Shown: positions 1-14,400, numbered from the stretch's first letter. The stretch is DNA of 64,000 nt from Anolis carolinensis (GCF_035594765.1 NC_085844.1:39323923-39387922), one strand, 5' to 3'. The notes: a model not told the origin generated them from the letters alone. Program-made: numbers and translations.

Positions 1-684
1 GACAACCATAGCCATTGTAGTTAAACAATATCCAAAGTCCCATAGCCTACTCCCACTGTCTCATGGAAATTCAATAATGTATGACTGCCATAAAATATCT
101 TTTTACCTTTTGGTTTGGCCCAAGGAGGTTTATATTTTATTTTCTCTGGAATGCTTTTTTATCTTTCAAGTTCTGCATTATATCATCTAGGAATGGTTCT
201 ACTTAATTATGTATGCCCTATGCCTATGGGATGAGTTAGGAATTTATCCCTTAATATTAAGGGGTGAGTTAGGAATTTATTGCTTAATATTTGAACGGTG
301 TTTTTTTTTACATTCATCTTGCTATAATGCCAATAATTCAGTGGGATATCAGATAATATAGCAGTAGTTGTATGAACTAACAGTATCTATTTTCCCATCG
401 AGTCACAATAAATGACAGTGTCAGTAGTACTGATTTTTTACAAAGGAAAAAATAGAGCAGTTATCATTTCCATTCATAGGAAAAAAACAGGGAGGCAAAA
501 TGTTAACCTTTCCATTTTGTATGCCAAAAACGATGGCATGCTTCCAACAGAAACTTGGATGATTTGCCAGTAGGTTAACTTTTGAAGAAAAAAATGCATT
601 GACAAGAATATGAAAATGTGTCACCTGAGGTTTTTGTTTTCATTGGATTCTAAAGTCAATTATCTTCAAGTCATAAATAAATGG

Positions 685-769
685 TCATCTATCAGGGGTA
701 TTTTGATGGTGCTTTTCCTGCATGACAGGGGGTTGAATTAGATGGCCCACATGGTCTCTTCCAACTCTA
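685..769 (+). mobile_element. CR1 LINE 3' end fragment (tail continues after the Helitron at 2777)
   Basis: Similar to the CR1 3' end at about 27920-28010. Confidence 0.7.
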
Positions 770-2776
770 TCTATATATATAAAAGAGTGATGGCATCACG
801 GCAATTCACAAAACAACAAAAGTACAGGCCCCCCAACCTCAAAATTTGACAACACAACCCAACATCCACGCCTCAAGGTTGATACAACAAAAAGAAAAGA
901 AAAATAAAGTCCTAATTAGAGGGAGAGCAATAATTTTTTTTATCCAATTGCTGCCAGTTTAGAGGGCTAATCTCTGCCCACTTGGTTGCCTAGCAACCAA
1001 TTCAGCCAAAGGGCAGCCAGGATTCAGTTAGGGGACAGGCAGATTTAGGCCTCACTTAGGCCTCACTTAGACTTCTTCCACAGATTATATAATTTGCACT
1101 GGATTATATGGCAGTGTAGATTCAAGGCCCTTCCACACAGCTATATAACCCATTTAGAATCTTATATTATCTGCTTTGCACTGGATTATCTTGACTCCAC
1201 ACTGCCATATAATCCACTTCAGTGGGCATTTTATACAGCTGTGAAGAAGGGGCCTCAGATAATCCAGTTCTGAGCAGATAATATAAGATTAGAAATATAC
1301 AGTAGAGTCTCACTTATCCAACGTAAACAGGCCGGCAGGATAAGTGAATATGTTGGATAATAAGAAGGGATTCAGGAAAAGCCAATTAAACATCAAATTA
1401 GGTAATCATTATACAAATTAAGCACCAAAACATCATATTATACAACAAATTTGACAGAAAAAGTAGTTCCATGCGTAGTAATGCTATGTAGTATTTACAG
1501 TAGAGTCTCGCTTATCCAACGTTCTGGATTATCCAACGCATTTTTGTAGTCAATGCTTTCAATATATTGTGATATTTTGGTGCTAAATTCATAAATACAG
1601 TAATTACTATATAGCATTACTGTGTACTGAACTACTTTTTCTGACAAATTTGTTGTCTAACATGATGTTTTGGTGTTTAATTTGTAAAATCATAACTTAA
1701 TTTGATGTTTAATAGGGTTATCCTTAATTCCTCATTATCCAACATATTCGCTTATCCAACGTTCTGCCGGCCTGTTTATGTTGGATAAGTGAGACTCTAC
1801 TGTACTGTATTTACAAATTTACCACTAAAATATCACAATGAATTTAAAACACTGACTACAAAAACATTGATTATGAAAAGGCAGACTGCGTTGGGTAATC
1901 CAGAACATTGTATAAGCGAATGTTGGATAAGTGAGATTCTTCTTTAATATGAATTAATTACTGGGATAGAATAATGCAGAACAATATAATCTCTAAAACC
2001 AGGACAGTAAATAAACAGGGGAATTCCACACAGGAAACAATCAGGGCCAGCTAACACCTCCCAACAAAGTATTCCCATCATCAAAGTCTGGCAAATCCTC
2101 TGTTTTCTCAGGGCCACAGACAGTAGAAGCACATAAAATATCGCAAACAACACCACTCTGAAAACAAGGGAATTCCAGACAGGAAACAATCAGGGCCAGC
2201 TAACACCTCCCAACAAAAAATTCACTCAGGGAGGAAACAGCCAGGCTTTAAAGCTGCAAGGCCATTACATCCTAATCATTTTTCCTAATTGCAGCATTCA
2301 TACTTGCCTCCAACAAACAAAAAAAACCAATCAGAAATATTGTATATTCACAACCTTTAGGAAATAATATCCCCTGATGGCGCAGCGTGTTAAAGCGCTG
2401 AGCTGCTGAACTTCTGGACCGAAAGGCCACAGGTTTGAATTGGGGGAGCGGAGAGAGCCCCCACTGTTAGCCCCAGCTTCTGCCAACCCAGAAGTTCGAA
2501 AACATGCAAATGTGAGTGCATCAATAGGTTCTGCTCCGGCGGGAAGGTAACGCCGCTCCATGCAGTCATCCCACATGACCTTGGAGGAGTCTACGGACAA
2601 CGCCGGCTCTTCGGCTTAGAAATGGAGATGAGCACCAACCTCCAGAGTCAGACATGACTGGACTTAACGTCAGGGGAAAACCTTTACCCTTGACCTTAAC
2701 TACCACCAATTCCTCAATACTTTATTTCCCAGACCACCAGACTTCGCCACAGCAACGCGTGGCCGGGCACAGCTAG
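770..2776 (+). mobile_element. Non-autonomous Helitron, copy 1 (composite, about 2.0 kb)
   Basis: 5' TCTATATATATAAAAG; 3' hairpin GCCACAGCAACGCGTGGC followed by CTAG; inserted at A|T with no TSD, splitting a CR1 3' tail. Confidence 0.9.
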
Positions 2777-2965
2777 TGAGTCTATAAAATGTGGCTGGCA
2801 TGTACTCTTGATTGGTCAACTCCTATCATGGCACTGCCTGTTCAGGTTGTCAAGATTATTGAAGCCCATGAGAAATACTTAATTCATGTATCAATATTGT
2901 TATGCCATGCAGCAGCCTTCCCTACTCATGTCTATCAAAACATTTGGACTTTGGGGCACAATAGG

Positions 2966-3184
2966 TTAAGGTAAGGTAAAGGTTTTCCCCTGACGTTAAG
3001 TCCAGTCGTGACCGACTCTGGGGATTGGTGCTCATCTCCATTTCTAAGCCGAAGAGCCGGCGTTGTCCATAGACACCTCCAAGGTCATGTGGCCAGCATG
3101 ACTGCATGGAGCACCGTTACCTTCCCGCCGGAGCGGTACCTATTTATCTACTCACGTTTGCATGTTTTCCAACTGCTAGGTTGG
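2966..3184 (-). mobile_element. Sauria SINE (3' part)
   Basis: (ACCTT)n tail and core shared with 2375-2695 and 21473-21783. Confidence 0.85.
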
Positions 3185-3834
3185 GGCACAATACATTTGG
3201 TAACCCACTTTCCAGCATGTCTTCTCATTTAGACTTGATGATTTGAGGAAAATAATTAAAAAATAATGTTTGGGATTGAATCTAAGGTAAAAAGTCTGAG
3301 AAATCACACATAGCCCTGGTTTATATATAAACAAATGGTTTGTGGATCCCTACCTTTCACGAAAGAATGTCTTCACAGAAGTGCTGTTCACCATGCACAT
3401 CATACTTAAGGAATCCATCGAAGTACTTTTCCCAAGTTTTTGGTAACTGTTTATTAATTATCCTAAGATTGCTGTGATATGCTTCAGGTCATTTCCAACT
3501 CATGACAATCCAAAGGCAACCTCACCATGGCATTTCTTGAGAAGATTTATTTAGTGTAGTTTGCCATTTCCTTCCTCTAATGCTGAGAACGTGGCTTGTT
3601 CAAGGTCACTCAATGGGTTTCCATGGCCAAGCAGTGATTTAAACCCTCATCTTCCACAGTGTTCATCAAGCACGCAAACTACTAAACCAATTGGCTCTGC
3701 AATTACTTCTCAGGTAGCAACTGCAGTTATATTAGAATAATTTATCAGAGGGCATATGTGTGTTGAGATGCAAAGTAGGGAAGAAGTGTGAGAAAGCATA
3801 GAAAAATACTAACATTTCAGTCTCCAAATTGCAA

Positions 3835-4243
3835 ACATCCGATGTACAAATGACTCCTAGTTAAGAATGCGGGTGAGATGACAGGAAGCAAAAGGAATTC
3901 TACACCTAATAGGGAAATTCACTCCTAAAAGAGTTATCATCAGGAGAAAGATGTCTCAACTGAAGCTTTATCACCAATCCTTGTTTCCAAAACAAGCCAA
4001 ATTTTTCAAAATCCAAGTAAGACAGGGACAGAAAGTGAGGTGAGATCTTCTAAACAGGGGTGGAGACAGAAGAAACAAATACCACAGGGGTGTTAACCCT
4101 TCCCTATGCCATCCAAAACTAAATAATATATATATTTGGCTGGAGTTAACACTTTAAAAAGTACTAGTTCTGATGTACATACAAATTCAGCTTAAGAACA
4201 AACCTTACAAAACCTATCATGTTCATAATTTAGGGACTGCCTG
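3835..4243. mobile_element. Old Tc1/mariner(Tigger)-like non-autonomous element (paralogs 60162-60598, partial 62730-62840)
   Basis: Internal homology between copies; ends GACTGCCTG-TA. Confidence 0.65.
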
Positions 4244-4825
4244 TATTGTCCATCATATAATGGACAGAAGCAAGGGGATATTATTGTTGTCCTGCTTATA
4301 CACTTTTCAATCATATCTGGTGGCAACGGTAAGGTCTGGAGATCGTGTATTGATTTTTAAGAAATACAGTAAATATATTTACATTTTAGCTTCAAGGTCC
4401 ATTTTAAACTTCAACACTGAAGCATTGCTATCTCTCCTAATTTTATTTATATGATTTGTAGACCATGCAGGTATTTTTGTGGCTCAAGGCTGCTTAATAC
4501 ATTTTTAAAATGAAATTAAAAAGAATGTGTAACTGCTAAGGCCTTTGGTGTGATCCAAAACAATTCTTGTTAAGCAATGCTGAAAAAACTATGGAAGCAA
4601 CCAGTTGTTGCTAGCATTTCGAACAATGCTTTGGTAATGCTTTGAGTCCCATTTGATATGAAAGTATGTGTAAATTAATGAGGAAATATTAATGAGGAAA
4701 TATCATGAAAATGACTTTTGTATTCTTAGAAATTATTAGATCTTGTTCCCGGAAAACACAAACCAAAGATGATTTATGTGGAATTATTCGTCTCTGCTTC
4801 TTGCTAGAGCAAAGTAACCTTCTAT

Positions 4826-4924
4826 TCAATAAAGCTTCTGTTTAATTTTTAGTGTGTAATTCATGCAGGCTATCAATTCTTCAAAATGACCAGAGAATGC
4901 TTCAAAGACAGCTGTATATTCTCC
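4826..4924 (-). CDS. LY96: LY96 exon 5 (GEYTAVFEAFSG...CMNYTLKIKQKLY*)
   Basis: Acceptor TTTTAG|; TGA at 4826-4828. Confidence 0.92.
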   Translation of the reverse strand, partial: GEYTAVFEAFSGHFEELIACMNYTLKIKQKLY

Positions 4925-7900
4925 CTAAAACAACAAAAAGAGAGATTAATTCCTAGTTATGCTAACTGTTTTTGCTTAATGTTCTTAAGTAACGAAGGCA
5001 TAACAGATAACCATAAATTCCCTTCCATCCAATATGTCATGAAGAACTTGTTCTTCTCTCCACCCTATTAGATGCTTCAGGAATTGTCTCTGAACGTTTT
5101 GGTTTTTGCAGTATGTTCACACAAGTTGAAAGTTACCTTAGTAATACTTGTTTAAGTCATCATGAGAAAATTTTTCAAAGGCATTTCATATGATGACTCA
5201 GTTTCATAAATACTTTTAAATGTATAATACAGATCTATAGCCATAATAAATTGTTAAAAAAACCATAGTTCTATACAGTTGGGGGACCTACTTGCAGAAG
5301 CCAAGGCTGAAGGAATCTTCCGACACAATAGAAGGAAAAGCATAAATCCAATATAACTAACTACATTCTACCACACTAAGTTAAAGTTGGCTTGACAAGT
5401 AGGAACCCTGTAACTGCCATCATCATGTGTCTTGGATGATTCCATTTCAGTAACTCTGCTTGGTTCCATAATAATCCAAGTTGATGGGCTACCTGGGGAC
5501 ATACTAGAAAAAATGGCTTTGCTCCACTGAAAGTTGTTTGATTGGTTTCCTGTTGCTTTTGCTGAAAAGGCTAGTCTACTCACATGACAATTACTGTTTT
5601 GCCAAACTGATCTGAAGTTTACTCGTCTAGTATATCCTGTAATAGGTTGATCATTTAACCTCCTACTCAGAAGGATGGGGCCAGGTCAAGTTGCCAGTAT
5701 TGTTATCAATTGGATTGGATGAGGACTTCTTGGTGGCACATCTTTATAAAACTCTTCCTCCTCCTCCTCATTATAATTGACACACCTCTCATTCCTGCTT
5801 AGACAACAGTGGTAATGTGAAGCAGCAGTAGATGTCACTACCTTTAGGCTCTCTGCCTGGATTCAAGGCACCTGCAAGGATGCAAGCAGTAGCTATGATA
5901 GACAAGAAAGGCAGCCCAGTAAGGGAAATGGAGTGATTGAAAGTGTCTTAGCCAAAGGTCCACCAGGAAGTTGTTCCTGTGGTCTAACACAAAATAATCT
6001 GGAAGAGGTTGGTGCATGACAAATTTCATGCGAGGATCTGTTGTACCTTCAAATTATTTCTGAGTGATTGCGACTGGAATGAAACTCTATCACTGGGTTT
6101 TCTGAGTCTGAGAGTGTGATTCACCCAAGGTCACCCAGTGTGTTTCCATGGCATAGAAGGGACACAAACCATGCTTGTAGTCCAACGCTCAAACAACTAC
6201 ACCACAATGGCTGTTTTGGAATAAGTTACCTCAGTGCTATTCAGCCATAATGCAAGTAAATTGCATCAAAGAGGATAGCACTATGTCTTTTAAAAATCTA
6301 TATATGTATTGATTTTTTTCCAGCAATATAAGTACTATATACATTTATAAAGACAATAATTTCCCCCTATATGACTTAGTGCTATTTAAAGAGGAGAGCA
6401 CTATTTCTCACCCTGGTTCTGTCAATTTCCTTATGTGGAGAGTAGAGAATTATGGACTGATGTGCAAAATTTATATTATGTATGGATCCATGTGATCAGA
6501 AATACCAGAAAAGCATTGCCACACATCAAAAGGCTTCACACACAGCAAAAGCTCTCTTGATCAGACTCCTCACTCTTTGCATCAGTAGAGAATGTAACTG
6601 AGATGACTGGAATGAGTCTAGCACAATCCCTTTATCATGTGTTGATACATAAAGCTCTCATCACAACTGAATAGTATTTTGAGACTGAGAGGCAAATGTG
6701 GAATGGAATGGGATGCATCCAGACTACTGGCCTGAAGGAATTCTAGATCTGATTATAGAAAGATTTTTGTACGTATTTATTGAACAGTTTGTTTTTCTAA
6801 TTGTTAAACACTTTGAGGCTGGTAACCTGTCAACGTATACAGATTCAACTCGACTTTACCTCTGCATATGGTGCAGGGCTTTTTTATCATTGCAGAGGGT
6901 GATATTCCTTTCTACTTTCTTCAATGAGCAAAACCCCTACTAAACCTACAGGCAGGACTTACTACTGAGCATGTATGGGCAAACTTTGGCCTGCCAGGTG
7001 TTTTGGACTTCATCGTCCACAATTCCTAATGCCTGGTAAGCTGGCTGGGATTTCTGGGAATTGAAGTCCAATGCACCTGGAGGGGCAAAGTTTGCTCATG
7101 CCTGCTATTGAGAATGCCAGCAGATCTCAATAGAGAATGTATCTGGCTATACAGGGACATAGCTGGATACTTTACCGGCCCTGTTTTCTTCTCCACCAAA
7201 CATGGATGGCTATGGAGAGTCATTCTACATGCCCTACTACACTACATTGTGCTATGCAGGATCTGGAAATAAGATTTTCATTTAGGAAGAGAGAGATGTG
7301 AAATGTACCTGTAGATATGTTGGCTGAGCACCACTGATCCTCATGGTTGTGTTGATTGTCTCTGCAGAAGAGGAATTATTATCAGGAGCTTAGCCAAATG
7401 AATGTCATCTCATTATTCCCTTGCAACTTAAACATTTATTTGGAAAGTATTTAAAATAAATTTAGCTACGTAGCAAAAATGCAAAATAATGGGGGGGGGA
7501 GGGAAGCCAGGGGGAATAAAGGGTATGCATTATAGGAGATAGCTGCACTCCCTACCTTGACCACAGTTTACCTATGGGACAGGAAACATAGGCTCTGAGT
7601 CTGAACCCAGACCTCCTAGGATTTCAGTCTGACCCTCTAAACTTCCTCAAATGAGTAAAATTCAACCTCATGAAGGTTTCCCCTTATAGAGAATGGTTCA
7701 TGTATGGCTAAGCACAACTCACAATAGACATTAAAGGAAGTTTTTTTTCAGAGAGTGCTGTACTGTTGCTATTTTTTTAACAATTGATTTCAGTGGTTTT
7801 AATGTTGTTAGATATTTAATGATTTTATGTTGATCTCTTTGTTGAATATGTGTTTGTTGCTGCAAGCCTTCAGGTAATTTCCAACCTATGGTGGCCCTAA

Positions 7901-8781
7901 GGCAACCATATCACAGGGTTTTCTGGGGTTGAGAGTGTGTGACTTAACCAGGATTACCCAACGGGTTTTTATGGATGAGTGGGGATTCAAATCCTGGTCT
8001 CTAGAATCATAGGCCAAACTCAAAGCAGTATGCCACACTGGATATATTGTACTGTATGTTAATTTGCAAGTTGCCTTCACATTTTAGGGGAAAGGCAGGG
8101 TGTAAATAAAATTAATAATAGCCCTTAGCAGCTATAATGAAAGGTCACAAGACCTACAGCATATCCTGCAATATTTCATAGATTAAAAAATGTGACACAT
8201 GTGGGCAGGCAACATCTGGATGTAGTCAACAGCAAGGGTTGTTAATGGGGATGAGCTAGGAGAGGATGCAATGGTTCGATTTTGCTTCGACTCACAGAGA
8301 AGGGCAAGATTCTGCCCCCCCCCCCTCTCCTGTTCTCTTTACTGAGTTAACTGAATGCCAATACATTGGTTACACCAATGGTAGTTATTTGAGAACAAAG
8401 AAAGAAACTGGAAGAAGGAGAAAGAAACCGGGACATTTTAAAACAGGTTGGAAAAGTGAGCTAACAGGATTAATAGGGATTGTTCCTGCCAAATCAGGAT
8501 ATTTGGGGGACTATACTATAAGCCACAAAATGGAACATCCTATGTCCAAAATGCCACTATAGGTGCATGTAGCATGCATAATGCCATGTGGTAAAGCAAA
8601 TGACTACTTGCTCTACATGTGAGTTTCATGTGTCCTCTGCACCCAATGTTTGCGGCCCCTTGTGTGTGTGATATTCAGACAATGTTTGTCCCCCAAATAT
8701 ACATAAAATCCACCAAATGCATGAAAACATGGGGAAATACCTATACCCCCTCCCAAATACCTACCAGCCCTTTAGAACTCT

Positions 8782-8851
<70 letters not shown>

Positions 8852-11378
8852 CTCTCTCTCTCTGAAAGTATTTTACTGTTGCTCTTCTCAGAACTACAGA
8901 TGAAAATAGAATACATAGCCTGGGAGGAAATTGGCCCCTGGCTTCTATATTGTTGCTTCCTGCTGTGTTAGAACGTGGTAAACCCTAAAGATCTACCCAT
9001 ATGGGAAGCAAGTCATGCCATTTTACTGTCTGGAGGACAAGATGGCACCATCTTCCATTTCATGTACAAATGCTGACAAGACAAACTGCTGGTTGTTATG
9101 TCAACAATGGTGAAGGGCAGCATCCTCCACTAGACCTTCACTACTATAAATAGAATAAACACATCTGACCAGACAGATGAGGGGAGCACAGGGCAGTTTT
9201 ATCTACTAACGTGTTCCTGTTTCAGTACTTGCTGCGTGATGTTAGGATCAGACCCAAAAGCAGCTACTTAATATAAGATGGCATGGCACAAGAATAATCT
9301 TCCATGCAGTTTTTTTTACTAGCCATGCACCTGGCTCGCTTATATCAGAAAAATGTGGATAATACATCTCTGTTACCAAGGGTGCCACTTATATTCAGAA
9401 ACTTGACACTTATGTGCAGTTTTGGGTGAACTAACATCTCTTATGCATTGTCAGTGTGTCATTGCAATGGCACTGTGAAGCAAATTCTTTGTAATAACTA
9501 CCAGCAGTGCCATACTAATTAGCCTTCTGAGGCACCTTACTGCCTTACACATCTATTTTTACACTAGCAAATTATAGTCCCTATCAGTGTAGATGTTTTG
9601 GATCAGCAAAAATTTCTATAATCCATGCTTACCTCCCTTCAAAGCACCACAAAATGTATAATCATCATCTACACCATGGCAAAGAGTAGCTTTCCATTTA
9701 AAGACATGCAGTGTTTCATGCCATATGTGTATACGTGCTGTCAAGATGGTTATATCAGCCTCTGTAAAGCAATAATTGGACACAGCAATAGAATAAACGT
9801 AGTTTTCTAAGGAAATAGAGTAAGTCTACAAAGGTTTAGATGCATTCTTAGCATCAAAAGTGCTATAAGATCCCTTTGCACACTGGCAGTCCAGACCAAA
9901 TATGGGTATGTTTGGGAACTCTTAGTCTTCTTCATAAGGTATATAAAAGTAATTTTAATAACAAGTATTTGTGCATAATGAATTAGAAAAATGAGGCTCC
10001 AGGAAAAAAGTGGGAAAAATAGGAAGGGGAATAATTTTTTTCTGTAAAAGCTTTTTTCCATAAAAATAGAAAAAAAATTGTAGAACATTTACTTTTGAAG
10101 TGGCGAATAATGCATGTAAGAAAGGGTGTTAACATATTTACTGCCCCATATTTAGACTTTTATTTAGGACTCTGCACAGTATCGGATCATTACAATTCCT
10201 GGTCTTGGTTTCCCTTTCTCAGCACTTTTTAGGGAAATAAGTGTGTTGTGTCTGCTGGACACAATGGATAATTAGTGTAGACAAAATAATTTCTCCTCAA
10301 GTTGGCAAGAGGTTCCTTATAGTTCAGGTGCTTCCTTCCATTTCAGGACCTTGTAGCTCTATTTGTAGTAAAAAAAAAATCCGAATAAACTGTATTTTTC
10401 ATAGATCACACTTGATATACAAAAGTTATATATACAACCATCCATCCACAGGATGGACATAGGAAAAGTGGAAAAACACATATTTTGAAAGCTTCCTAAT
10501 TTTTAACCAGCGATAATACCTCGCCATGGACCTCTGGGTCTGCCAGCAGTCAATTTCTGTCAGAAGTTGATCATAGGATCCCACTGGAAAGCCCAGAGAT
10601 TTCTAGAGAAAAAATATTACTTAAATCTGTAAAAGCGAAACCCACAGATCTAGAGGCCCAACTGTAACTAGGAATGTTATGTTCTAATCTTCCCAAGGGT
10701 CCAAAACAGAATAGGGAAACACGTTTTCCCATGGCTTCAAAATTTCTCAAAATTTAACATTTCTATACTTAAAACATATTCATCTTCTTTAAGAAAATAT
10801 GTAAAGAAAGAAAAAGGAATACATGTTGAGATTTTTCATCAAGAAGTTCTTCTCAAACACAGAAAAAGAGGAAGGAGAAATGAGGTCAGAAGAGACCCTG
10901 GAGACAAAGGCAAGTAACAAGAAGAGAATGGGTGTGGAAAAACTAACAGGACATTACTGTCACAATGTACTTACCTTTTCTCCTACAGCAGGAGTGGATA
11001 ACTATAAAAGGGTAGTGAGTACATTAATCCACTAAGAGACTTTGGAGGGCCACATCCACAACCACACCCACATTTGCAGTTGTTCTTATTATTGTTTCTC
11101 CCTCTGTGGGACATTCTCACTATCAGTGGGGAGTTACTAGAGGACATTCTCATCGTGTCTACACTCAAAAAGAGATGATGAACCTTCCAGTTATCCCAAC
11201 TGTCACTGTCCTGGCAATTGGGAGGCAGCATCTGCTAAGGCTTAATCCCCTCCCACACTTCCATAATAATATTATAATATTATGTGTCATGTCTTAATTA
11301 GATTGTAAGCTGATGGAAGAGAACTATTTTATTGTACTTTTACTTGTGCCAAACATAGTGATGGCTATAGATACATTC

Positions 11379-11413
<35 letters not shown>

Positions 11414-14400
11414 CTGAATTAATTTGAGATCCCAGGAGTCTAGTGCAGCTCTAAATGCGGAGAGAATGCCTTCCATGCACACCTTAGAGGTAATTCTGAT
11501 GCCTTTTGGAATAAAAATGGATTAAACGTGTATATGTGTGTGTGTGAGAGAGAGAGAGACCTGGATCACCCTGAGAGCTAAGAAAATGGCGCTGCTACAG
11601 GAGGTAGCAAATGCTACAGAAGGAAGCAAAAATTGTGTGTGCTTCCTTGTAGAAATGAAACTACTTTCTAAGAACCCACTAATCATCTTCCAATACAATC
11701 CATGAATTGGACAGGAGAAACTACCACACTGGAGTATTCAGCTTTCTGTAATGTAAAACACTAGGCCTAATATTTTCTAGAAACTTACTTGGAATCCAGA
11801 ACATACGACCCCGCCATACAGAAACCTTCAATGAACACGGTTCTACTGTAAAAGAAAACATGGCAGCTCCAGGACCTATGGGTCAATAAAAAACAATATT
11901 ATCATGTCCAACAGAATATGCCATCTCTAGGCATTTTCTAGGTCCTCCAACATGGCTCTACTATGGTCTTCTTGAGCTGTAAGTCCTTTATTTTCAAAGT
12001 GTTCACTATCATCCATGGTGTTGAAGAGTTGCAGAGTTGAAGAATGTATCCACCATGGACATAGGGATCGTGCTGTATATGCTTATTACAGAAGTTTTCT
12101 GCAGAGGAGCAGTTCTTATTTTAAGCAAACTATGCTATTTAATTGAAGTAATGGCTTTGGGGAGAACGGAGGGAGTTGTATAAGTTGTCCATGGACTGCA
12201 TGGATTCCCACCTCTACTCAGCAATCATTCTACAGGCTGAAAGGCTCAGTAGGAGCCAGGGAGTGTTTGTTCCCTATTCTGTCATTATTCCTGATGCTTC
12301 TGTAGCTACATTATGAAAACGTTGTTTTATAGTGAGTCACATCTTGTTCTCCCAGAACCATACGCCATAGACTGTATTGCCTGTCATTAGCGGTGACTCT
12401 CCAGTCTCCACATTCTCAAAAAAAAATATTTCCCAACTGTGCTGCATGAAATGCTTTCTTCCAAAGACACCAGGGATTCAACCAGGAATGCTGTGCATGT
12501 AGGATATGCTTCCTACGCTATTGAACAATAACCCATCCCTTGCTTAAATTATCCTTATGAGTTAGGATACAGTTATTCCAATCTGAGTGAAAGCAACTTG
12601 CCTATGGCTATTGATACAGTCTGTCTTGTTACAGAACTGGGTGTAATTCCAGGTCTCTTCATGAGTTCTTCCAGTGGGAACACTGGGACACATTACTCCT
12701 TTAGCACAAGCTTTACTGCTGGTATAGCAATGATTCAGCAGATGGTAGATAGCAGAGAAGCATTTCAACCTTTTCATTAATGAGGTCCAGCATTCCCTCA
12801 CAGCCAATGGTTGAAGTGGTCCCCAAATTCTACTTAGCAATCAAATTATCAATTCACCAGATATATGGCAAATTTGGGTTGGGATGCGCTCCACCCAGTA
12901 GAAGATGGATTCTCAAGGGTCCATCTGCAGAAGGCCCATCTCTTTTCCCAGCCAATTACTATGAGAACTATGCCACTTGGTAAGCAACAGAGGAAAAGCT
13001 ATGGACAATGCAATTGCTGTTGCCCACTTTTGGTCTAGAACTATTTAGCTGTTTGTGATTCCTTTATTTTATCACTTTTAAACTTATTTACAGTAGAGTC
13101 TCACTTATCCAACACTCGCTTATCCAACGTTCTGGATTATCCAACACATTTTTGTAGTCAATGATTTCAATATATCGTGATATTTTGGTGCTAGATTCAT
13201 AAATACAGTAATTACTACGTAGCATTACTGTGTATTGAACTACTTTTTCTGCCAAATTTGTTGTATAACATGATGTTTTGGTGCTTCATTTGTAAAATCA
13301 TAACCTAATTTGATGTTTAATAGGTTTTTCCTTAATGCCTCCTTATTATCCAACATATTCGCTTATCCAACATTCTGCCGGCCCGTTTATGTTGGATAAG
13401 TGAGACTCTACTGTATTATGAAATGCTTTTGACATAAAATAAATAAAGCAACAGAGGAAAATTAATCCCCTCGTCCATTCCCAACCTTCATATCTTTTCC
13501 TCAACCTCAAACTGTCAAGCTAATGCTTTAAAAAAGTATCAAACAAGGTCAGTTACACATGTTGACTCTTTCACTACAATGGACTGCTGTCGTTATTTGA
13601 CACGATGGTGAGAAGGCCTCTGAACCCTATTTGTCTGGTGGCAGAAACCCAATTCATTATACATTTTAATGGGTGAATCATGGCATGCATTTGAGTAGAC
13701 TGAATATGAGGCAGAGACTGAAGCAGACCTCCCGCTTGCACATTTTTCAGTTTTATTATATTTCATGTCCTTTTCCGATATACGGTATGTCTACAGAAGA
13801 TATACTCCAGTCCTTTGCGGAAGTGGACTTTAGTCCATGAAAGGTGATGCTGAAGTATACCACAAGATTCCTTTTTCCTTCTTCTCCTGTGACTTCCAGC
13901 TAATCTTGAAAATGCTTCATTTGGAAAGAATTGTATCGCATTGTCTTCACTGGGAAATATTGTGCTGATACAAAATGAAATGTAGCAAAAGCTGTGATGG
14001 TGATATTTTTATGATTATTACACCAGACATGCAAGTTATTACTTCAGGTTGAAACCTCATGTGTGAATTCACATACAACTCAAAGCTGAACCAAATCTGT
14101 GGAGTTCCAAGATTAAATCTTCACTGATTTTGATGAGTCTGTCATTGTGGTGTCAACGTCCATAAATTTTGTATCCATGGATTCAAGCATCCATGACTTG
14201 AACATATTTTTAAAAATACAAAGACCAAGCCTTAATTTTGCCATTTTTATAAAATATAGCATTTCAGCATCTATGGATTTTGGTACCCACAAGGTATCTT
14301 GGAACCAAATGCTATTGTACGCATCGGCAAGACTACAATGTCCCATCGGGATTTTAATTAGAGGGAGACGCAAACTGTTGCTTCTGCAAACATTTTTTTA

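Noticed and set aside
421-624. Possible exon of a gene downstream of LY96 (e.g. JPH1 3' region)
   Set aside because: No recognisable protein similarity or convincing splice pair; I cannot support it from the sequence alone.
2375-2460. tRNA gene
   Set aside because: tRNA-derived SINE head with a degenerate B box and no cloverleaf; continues into Sauria SINE body.
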